From: a virus
DNA: 64,000 nt
Reading direction: 5' to 3' (one strand)
IMG/VR virus record: IMGVR_UViG_3300028030_000001
Coordinates: 1 to 64,000 of that record
Both the position numbers and the translations under genes were made by a program. Below, piece by piece: positions 58,140 to 64,000 of this stretch. The number at the start of each line of letters is the position of its first letter. Position 1 is the stretch's first letter. The notes below the pieces were generated by a model. The model was not told the origin of the DNA. It saw nothing but the letters and a program-made list of their open reading frames with translations, and did no database searches.

Positions 58140-58421
58140 TTATGATTCAGTAATGTAATCCAGTTTCAGAGTCCATCCACGAGGCGTGTGAAGCCACGTT
58201 ACATCCAGAGCCGTGTTAGGCCGCATTGTAGGAACGAACAGTATTGCGTCAGGTCTTTCGAGCCTTGGAATAATGGACATAATATGGCCGTCAATATAGA
58301 CTCGGATTTGTGATGGACTTGTTCTGAGTATATGTGATTCGTTGTCAGAACATGGCTCGATGTCTGACAGTTTCACAGCCTCACTGGTTACGACAATACA
58401 ATCGTTTTTTGATACTTTCAT
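58140..58421 (-). CDS. hypothetical protein
   Basis: AAGGAG RBS. Confidence 0.6.
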   Translation of the reverse strand: MKVSKNDCIVVTSEAVKLSDIEPCSDNESHILRTSPSQIRVYIDGHIMSIIPRLERPDAILFVPTMRPNTALDVTWLHTPRGWTLKLDYITES

Positions 58422-58441
58422 GGTTTGTCTCCTTTCGTGTT

Positions 58442-58470
58442 AAGATAGTATAGTGTTTACGTTATGCCAC
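58442..58470 (-). promoter_or_regulatory. variant promoter
   Basis: GTGGCA-17-TATCTT, with the same AACGTAAACA spacer as the 59177 and 63554 promoters. Confidence 0.5.
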
Positions 58471-58483
58471 CGGCATAATTTAT

Positions 58484-59143
58484 TTATTCTGGTAAATGAA
58501 GCGGCCCTATAGCGAACCTGATTTCAGGGTTGAGATAGGTGTGGTTCAGAGAGTTGACTGAGCCGTAAATCAGTCCGTCCCTGATTTGTGTCAGTTCCAT
58601 ATTCGGGGTTTCATATGTTTTTGTTACTTTCACGGCCATTTTTGTAATCGTGTTCAGATAATCAGGATTAACCTGAATCGGTACGGAATCCTTGTCTGAT
58701 TCATCATACGTTTTGAAAACGTACTTGTAATCAGGCAATGTCCTGTAGTGTGTTTTTGATTTGAAAGTCGATATATTTATGTCCTTGTCAATAGACGTAA
58801 CCGAAACTGAATCGTTAGTGTTAACGGAAACGAGCAGGGTTTTGACAATAGGCAAAAGAGCTTTCTGGTACGAGCCTGAAGCTTTTATGGCATTAGCCAG
58901 GATTTTGGCCGGGATCGGGATCGGAGTCTCTGGTGGATCGGTATGCTTTATATCAGGTTCAGGAAATTCCTGAAGCATATCCTGACACTCGTGGATGTTT
59001 GCGAACGCCATAAAATTTCCGTGCGGGATTGCGATTAAGTGGTGAGTTTCAGAATCGTAATAAAGGAATTTGAACTCCGATTCCTTGTGGTTTGCGATTA
59101 TAGTCAGAGCTTCGGCTGTCTGTGTTGGGATGATGAACTGCAT
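58484..59143 (-). CDS. sliding-clamp (beta-clamp)-like protein
   Basis: LPDYKYVF and VNPDYL resemble DnaN motifs; partial length. Confidence 0.5.
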   Translation of the reverse strand: MQFIIPTQTAEALTIIANHKESEFKFLYYDSETHHLIAIPHGNFMAFANIHECQDMLQEFPEPDIKHTDPPETPIPIPAKILANAIKASGSYQKALLPIVKTLLVSVNTNDSVSVTSIDKDINISTFKSKTHYRTLPDYKYVFKTYDESDKDSVPIQVNPDYLNTITKMAVKVTKTYETPNMELTQIRDGLIYGSVNSLNHTYLNPEIRFAIGPLHLPE

Positions 59144-59176
59144 AGTATTGTCTCCTTTCGTGATATGTTGTGTGTT

Positions 59177-59205
59177 AGTATAGTATATTGTTTACGTTCT
59201 GTCAA
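59177..59205 (-). promoter_or_regulatory. sigma70-type promoter
   Basis: TTGACA-17-TATACT. Confidence 0.8.
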
Positions 59206-59399
59206 CAAACATTTTCAAGTTTTGTTTCTACTTCATAAACTTCGCCATAATAAGTCTCAATTTCTTCTTCTATCAAGTCATCGAGCTTACTATGTGCCTC
59301 ATCCGAATCTGAAGCGGTGACTGTGAATGTTTCCTGTGTGAAGTTGAACGGATCATCTTCATCATGATAGAACCTGACTATGAACTGAAATTCGTGCAT
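59202..59399 (-). CDS. small acidic protein
   Basis: AAGGAGG RBS before MHEFQ. Confidence 0.6.
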   Translation of the reverse strand: MHEFQFIVRFYHDEDDPFNFTQETFTVTASDSDEAHSKLDDLIEEEIETYYGEVYEVETKLENVC

Positions 59400-59416
59400 G
59401 ATTTTGCCTCCTTGTG

Positions 59417-59728
59417 TTATGTTTTTATCTCTCTTATGAGTTGTTTCACTTTCTGGTACGAACCTGGTTCGTACCACCAATCCTCCCCTGTAAGGTTGTT
59501 AGATATAGCCTGTAACACGAACTCTTTTGCATTGTTAAGCAACTGGAAATAAGCCACCTGTTTCCCGTTGTGCAGGCAAGTTACATAGTATGTATGACCT
59601 GCCTCATGTATTCCGTAATCCATGTATGTCAGGCCATCTACAATTATGTGCCTGCCGTAATTCATGTGAATCTTGAAATTTTCTTGCTTAAAAGGTTCGT
59701 CTGGTATAGTATCATGTAGAATAGACAT
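59417..59728 (-). CDS. hypothetical protein
   Basis: AGGAGGT RBS before MSILH. Confidence 0.6.
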   Translation of the reverse strand: MSILHDTIPDEPFKQENFKIHMNYGRHIIVDGLTYMDYGIHEAGHTYYVTCLHNGKQVAYFQLLNNAKEFVLQAISNNLTGEDWWYEPGSYQKVKQLIREIKT

Positions 59729-59759
59729 AATTTTACCTCCTGTAATATATGGTGTTGGT

Positions 59760-60032
59760 ATGGACGAAAACAAACCTGATTTTATTAGATATATTTCCTG
59801 GATTGCTCCGTTACTTGTCACAACAGTAATCGTCATCTACAATCTTATGTATGCAGTCAAAGCTGTATCAAAAATCGAGGTTCGACTTGAACAGCAGTTA
59901 GAGCGCATAAGAAGTGTAGAGCAGGAGCAACGGGACGCTGAAAAGCGTAATCATGTACATTACACAGAACTCAAGATAAAACTTGAGCATGTCGGGAACT
60001 TGTGCTGTTCTGAAATAGATTCGAACAAGTAG
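59760..60032 (+). CDS. membrane-anchored coiled-coil protein
   Basis: MDENKP..., one TM segment then coiled coil; fills an otherwise empty gap. Confidence 0.55.
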   Translation: MDENKPDFIRYISWIAPLLVTTVIVIYNLMYAVKAVSKIEVRLEQQLERIRSVEQEQRDAEKRNHVHYTELKIKLEHVGNLCCSEIDSNK

Positions 60033-60061
60033 TTGACATATTCTGTGCCTTGTTGTATTGT
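60033..60061 (+). promoter_or_regulatory. plus-strand sigma70-type promoter
   Basis: TTGACA-17-TATTGT. Confidence 0.6.
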
Positions 60062-60131
60062 AGTTGTGTGTTTACGTCTCCTTTCGTTCACGCATACGAT
60101 CCTCCTCCGTATGTGGGCCGGTAATGCAATG

Positions 60132-60473
60132 TTACCGGCCAAATTTGTTTTGTAGAAAATCATTAACAATCTGTTTCACTTCATATTTTTCCGGTGAATC
60201 CCACCAGTTCCTTCCATTGTAACCTTTACTGATCAGAATCGAGACCAGTTTCCGAGCTTTGTTAAAAGTGGACAGTCTCACGACCAAGCTTCCTGTATCA
60301 AGCAAGATTACGTTCCAGGGATGTTTAGTGTCATGATCTGCTTTGTATATTCCGTAACAACCGTAAACGTAACCGGAAACTTTTGTAGAATATTGTTTTG
60401 TGTTGCTAATGTGTGTCACACAGAAAGTTTCTTTTTTCTTCTTTTTACCATAATTTACATTCTTTATTGTCAC
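60132..60473 (-). CDS. hypothetical basic protein
   Basis: GGAGGT RBS before GTG at 60473. Confidence 0.55.
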   Translation of the reverse strand: MTIKNVNYGKKKKKETFCVTHISNTKQYSTKVSGYVYGCYGIYKADHDTKHPWNVILLDTGSLVVRLSTFNKARKLVSILISKGYNGRNWWDSPEKYEVKQIVNDFLQNKFGR

Positions 60474-60675
60474 GTTTGAACCTCCAAGTACCTGATTTAT
60501 CTTTATAAGTGTACAGTGTTCCATGATACTTCATTCGTTCCTTTATATAGTTATAGTCGATTGGTTTGTATGGTTTTACTGGATAATCAGGAACGATAGC
60601 GTATGCGAACCAGAACAGCATTAAAACGTAAAACAGAAATATAGAAGCGATTACTATATTTTTTATGTGTTGCAT
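60445..60675 (-). CDS. small membrane protein
   Basis: N-terminal TM segment. Confidence 0.55.
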   Translation of the reverse strand: MQHIKNIVIASIFLFYVLMLFWFAYAIVPDYPVKPYKPIDYNYIKERMKYHGTLYTYKDKSGTWRFKRDNKECKLW

Positions 60676-60678
60676 GAT

Positions 60679-61122
60679 TTACCCTCTCACGAAAAAGTTT
60701 GAGTAATATTCCTGTAACCCTCTATAGTTTCCTTGCTTGTACATCTTGTATGCATTTATCGGTTTCGTTACTGGTGCAGATACTCTTTTGTAACCTGCTT
60801 TAGTAACTGTTTCGTATATGTACTTGAACAAGTTTACGTTAAACTTCTTTTCTGTGTATTCTTCTTTTTCTTCTTCAGTTAGTGGTTCATCTTCTTGCCA
60901 GATAACGAATACGTTATCTTGATGTGGACTTGGTTGTGAGTGTGACGTGAAGTGGCACTGTTTCGGTATGGATTGTAAGTGTTTGTGAAGTTCGTGCGGG
61001 TTTATGTCAGTTACGTCTAACGACTTAGTAACTGATTTAGTCTTTGGCATGTTTCGGTTTATTTTGTTAATCAGCTTGTTAGCGGCATAGATTATGTAAT
61101 CTGCATGTACCTGGTCACTCAT
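60679..61122 (-). CDS. hypothetical protein
   Basis: ATGA-coupled; GAGGAG RBS. Confidence 0.6.
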   Translation of the reverse strand: MSDQVHADYIIYAANKLINKINRNMPKTKSVTKSLDVTDINPHELHKHLQSIPKQCHFTSHSQPSPHQDNVFVIWQEDEPLTEEEKEEYTEKKFNVNLFKYIYETVTKAGYKRVSAPVTKPINAYKMYKQGNYRGLQEYYSNFFVRG

Positions 61123-61313
61123 GATTTAAGCTCCTCATACGTTTTGTCTATAAGTTCTATAGCTTTTTCCAGATTTGTGAAATCTTCATCATTAGGAACG
61201 CACTTCGTTCCGTCTGAAGCTCTACAGGCAAGAATCTGTTCCATAGCCTCTTTAGTAATCTGCAACGTATGAAACAGTAGAGCGTATGGAGTGTTTGATG
61301 TGTTGTTCTGCAT
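61119..61313 (-). CDS. hypothetical protein
   Basis: AAGGAG RBS. Confidence 0.6.
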   Translation of the reverse strand: MQNNTSNTPYALLFHTLQITKEAMEQILACRASDGTKCVPNDEDFTNLEKAIELIDKTYEELKS

Positions 61314-61419
61314 ATTTTTACTCCTTTCATAAAGTGGGGCAGGAACGGTTATGTATGTTGGTTTGTTCCTGCCCTACCACACACAGGAGACACTTATAAT
61401 GTTTTGTATGTTGTGTCAG

Positions 61420-61438
61420 GTGTCACAATTTATGACAC
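61420..61438. promoter_or_regulatory. palindromic operator-like site 2
   Basis: gtgtcacaatttatgacac, one mismatch. Confidence 0.6.
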
Positions 61439-61451
61439 TGTTTGATATGTT

Positions 61452-62183
61452 TCAGGCAGGAACGATTACATAACCTGCCTTCCTGAACGCATTAACCATC
61501 ATTTTTTCAGGATTATCAGTAAAAAACGTACTATGCTCATGCATAGGCAAATACTTTGTCATGTCATAAAGTTGTTCAGCTACCGCTTCAGATTCTGTCA
61601 GAATATCTCCATAAATCGGAATCGTTTCAAGGTCTGCTTCAGTAACAGACCTTTCTTCTGATACGAACTTTGACACGACCATCCACGCATCCGAATCACA
61701 GCATGTTTCCGATTCTGTAAGCACTTCCGCTACATATTCCTGAATATTTATGCTTTTTAATGTGAGATATGCTGTTATATCCTGTGTTACCGCTTGTACG
61801 AACGGAGTAGCTTCTCTCAGAAATTCTGATAGGTTCAAATAATGTTCAGCTACCGGACTTGTAGATATTATATCGTGATATATAGAAGTTATCTCACTGC
61901 ACGGGCCATATTTTCTGCCCCAGGCACAGTTATTGAGGCAATCATGATATGATGGTACTTCCACACAGAACGGGCATATATCAGAATCGTAATTGTATAT
62001 CGGGTCTGTTATGTAACAGAGTATGTTTTTGATAAAGATCGGAAGTGAATCGGGTTCGGATTCGATGTGTTGTTGGACGATAGTTGAGTAGAAGTGTTTT
62101 CCTATTTTGTTGTCGATATACTTCTGGATATGTTTCGATTTCTGTTTCATGAATATAGTAGCGACTGCTTTATGTGTTTGCAT
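61452..62183 (-). CDS. five-Cys family early protein, copy 2
   Basis: DICPFC...CLNNC...GPC...SIY. Confidence 0.65.
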   Translation of the reverse strand: MQTHKAVATIFMKQKSKHIQKYIDNKIGKHFYSTIVQQHIESEPDSLPIFIKNILCYITDPIYNYDSDICPFCVEVPSYHDCLNNCAWGRKYGPCSEITSIYHDIISTSPVAEHYLNLSEFLREATPFVQAVTQDITAYLTLKSINIQEYVAEVLTESETCCDSDAWMVVSKFVSEERSVTEADLETIPIYGDILTESEAVAEQLYDMTKYLPMHEHSTFFTDNPEKMMVNAFRKAGYVIVPA

Positions 62184-62187
62184 AGTT

Positions 62188-62364
62188 CTATAGTCTCCCT
62201 ATGTAATTGTTTGATTCGTCTCTGATTTCGATTACGAACTGGTTAGTATCTGTTTCAGTTACGGTATATGACCAGTTGTTGTCCTCTGACTGGATTTGTT
62301 GTTTAACTTGTTCGGCTTGTTCGTATGTAGGGAAGTATGTTGTATAATCAGGTATTAATGGCAT
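62188..62364 (-). CDS. small protein (58 aa, not in ORF track)
   Basis: MPLIPDYTTYF...YIGRL fills the gap; GAGG upstream. Confidence 0.45.
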   Translation of the reverse strand: MPLIPDYTTYFPTYEQAEQVKQQIQSEDNNWSYTVTETDTNQFVIEIRDESNNYIGRL

Positions 62365-62719
62365 AGTCTGTGTCCTCTACATGGTCTTCAAGATAATCAG
62401 TTATCGAATCGTAAGCGTAATCTTCTTTGAGTCTGTCCTTTACTCTTTGGTATAACGAATTCTCAATCAGACAGTAACCAAACTCTTTACCAAATTCGCA
62501 TTTATGGCAATGAAAGGCGTCTGTTACATACTTTATACAGAATGGACATATTGTAGTGTCATACTGTTCTGCCAGGTTTCTAGTATTGTTTACAAGTTTT
62601 TCGGCTATATCAGGGTTTTGTTGTAGAAATGTTATAGTTATGTCTGAGGCAAAGGCAGGTTCATCGAGCATAGACGCTTTCCATTTCATAAACTGGATTG
62701 CTTGTGTTGTGGTGTACAT
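62348..62719 (-). CDS. five-Cys family early protein, copy 3 (short)
   Basis: TICPFC...CHKC...GYC...SLY; AAGGAG RBS. Confidence 0.65.
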   Translation of the reverse strand: MYTTTQAIQFMKWKASMLDEPAFASDITITFLQQNPDIAEKLVNNTRNLAEQYDTTICPFCIKYVTDAFHCHKCEFGKEFGYCLIENSLYQRVKDRLKEDYAYDSITDYLEDHVEDTDYAINT

Positions 62720-62769
62720 AATCTGTCTCCTTCTGTGTGTTGTGTGGTGTGTGTGTTGTGTGTGTTATA

Positions 62770-62786
62770 TGTCATAATTTGTGACA
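62770..62786. promoter_or_regulatory. palindromic operator-like site 3
   Basis: tgtcataatttgtgaca, one mismatch. Confidence 0.6.
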
Positions 62787-62824
62787 CTTGGTGTGTGTTG
62801 TGTTGTGTTTGTGTGTTATACGCC

Positions 62825-62908
62825 CCAGATTCGCTCAGAATCGTTTTATGTGACTGATGTATAGTCTGGCATGTTTCTGGAGCGTGCGTTGATTCTGAGC
62901 GAATCTGG
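62825..62908. repeat. 18-bp perfect inverted repeat with 48-nt spacer
   Basis: ccagattcgctcagaatc ... gattctgagcgaatctgg. Confidence 0.8.
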
Positions 62909-62920
62909 AGCGGATCGGGG

Positions 62921-63517
62921 TTAATATGTGTACTTGTCCTGAAGCTCGGCTACAAAGGATTCACACTCTTCATCGAGCTTGTCTGTGTCGGCGTCTGGAC
63001 ACTTTTCATCCAGTTCGTCAAGGAAATCTTTGACAAGTTCTCGTATGTTCTCAATGTGTTCCTCTACAATATCTCTTGCCTCATGCTCTATGTAGAGAGC
63101 AATGGCTGTCATGCCGTTGTTTTCCCTGGGATTGTCACCGATTCCGGCGTTTTCATAGGCTTGTTCAAGTTCGCAGGAATGAAGATACCATGTATCTTCT
63201 ATCTCTTTTGTGTAGATGGGTGTGTTCGAAGCGGCATAAGATATGATTGTGTCGAATATATCTTCCGGTATGCCTTCTTCCTGCGCTAATTCGTCAAGTT
63301 CGTCATAAGTGTCTGGCATGTTCGTGAGAAAATCATCGACCACTTCCTCTGCCGTGTCCTTTACTCGTTGGTTGAGTGTATCCTGTATTTCTACGAGTTG
63401 GATATTTTCTGGCCTGGTTTCTCGATTGATTTCGTGGAAAGTGTTTCGTTGCTCGGGTGTAAGGCTGTTTATGAGGTAATCATAGGCTTTGTAGGTGATG
63501 TTTGCATAGTGTTCCAT
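62921..63517 (-). CDS. highly acidic early protein
   Basis: AAGGAG RBS behind promoter; very D/E-rich; PIYTKEI motif. Confidence 0.65.
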   Translation of the reverse strand: MEHYANITYKAYDYLINSLTPEQRNTFHEINRETRPENIQLVEIQDTLNQRVKDTAEEVVDDFLTNMPDTYDELDELAQEEGIPEDIFDTIISYAASNTPIYTKEIEDTWYLHSCELEQAYENAGIGDNPRENNGMTAIALYIEHEARDIVEEHIENIRELVKDFLDELDEKCPDADTDKLDEECESFVAELQDKYTY

Positions 63518-63553
63518 AGTTTTTGTCTCCTTTCTTGTTGTGTGTTGCGTGTT

Positions 63554-63582
63554 AACATAGTTTGTTGTTTACGTTCTGTCAA
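63554..63582 (-). promoter_or_regulatory. sigma70-type promoter
   Basis: TTGACA-17-TATGTT. Confidence 0.75.
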
Positions 63583-63602
63583 GTGTCACAATTTGTGACA
63601 CT
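63582..63602. promoter_or_regulatory. palindromic operator-like site 4
   Basis: agtgtcacaatttgtgacact, abuts the -35 hexamer. Confidence 0.65.
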
Positions 63603-63880
63603 CAGTGAATTGTGCTGATGGCTATTAGTGGTTCCCTGGTTGACCTGTCCTGAATCTCGATCACGTAACCTTCCATATAGTTGAAGTCTTTTTCGATTCG
63701 GATTTTTCCTTTCGAATGTTCTGAAAGGATTCCAAGTTCACGGAGTGTTTTTGCTATCTTTTGAGAAGATATATCAGGGTCAAAGTGTGTTAGCTCTGCT
63801 ATTGGAAAATAATTGTTCCAATACCATGAATTGTCTGAATCTCTCCATGCATCTATTGACAGAATCTTAGGTTTTTTCAT
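63602..63880 (-). CDS. hypothetical phage protein
   Basis: AAGGAG RBS; LSIDAW...WYWN motif. Confidence 0.6.
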   Translation of the reverse strand: MKKPKILSIDAWRDSDNSWYWNNYFPIAELTHFDPDISSQKIAKTLRELGILSEHSKGKIRIEKDFNYMEGYVIEIQDRSTREPLIAISTIH

Positions 63881-64000
63881 AGTTTTTTCTCCTTTTATTT
63901 CAGGTAGTTATAAAGTTTTGGTAATATGACGGAAATAATTTGCGTTTTTAGAAATTTTTGTATGAATCTCCGTTAGTTATAAACTAACGTATAAGAATGA

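Noticed and set aside
60425-60452. A_AAA_AAG slippery site after an ATG, suggesting a -1 frameshift start for 60132..60473
   Set aside because: An in-frame GTG at 60473 with a GGAGGT RBS explains the gene without recoding.
1-64000. Stop-codon reassignment, tRNA genes, integrase or prophage boundary
   Set aside because: Genes tile densely under the standard code using all three stops; no tRNA, integrase or host housekeeping gene was recognised by eye (tRNAscan not run).

Overview
The window is a 64-kb piece of a tailed dsDNA phage genome, probably lytic: there is no integrase and no host gene here. Positions 1-29.4 kb (+ strand) form a tightly coupled late operon with a 5'-truncated tape measure protein, about 25 tail, baseplate or fibre-type genes and a lysis-like cluster. 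That operon unexpectedly also carries a LipM/LplA-family acyltransferase and an orphan CheY-like receiver protein. Positions 29.3-64 kb (- strand) hold the middle and early genes: M15 peptidase, dCMP deaminase, HU, dNMP kinase, ATP-dependent ligase, ThyX, SbcD with a split SbcC, a resolvase, a Pol I-like polymerase, an SF2 helicase, two DNA methyltransferases, a solo TnpB, a primase-helicase, a Cro-like HTH and many small ORFs behind sigma70-type promoters. The main oddities are the acyl-ligase between paralogous fibre-like genes, an integron-cassette-like gene with attC-like ends, the receiver protein in the lysis cluster, a four-copy palindromic operator, a candidate antisense sRNA, and a three-copy five-cysteine protein family. 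All calls come from reading motifs by eye; no database searches were run.
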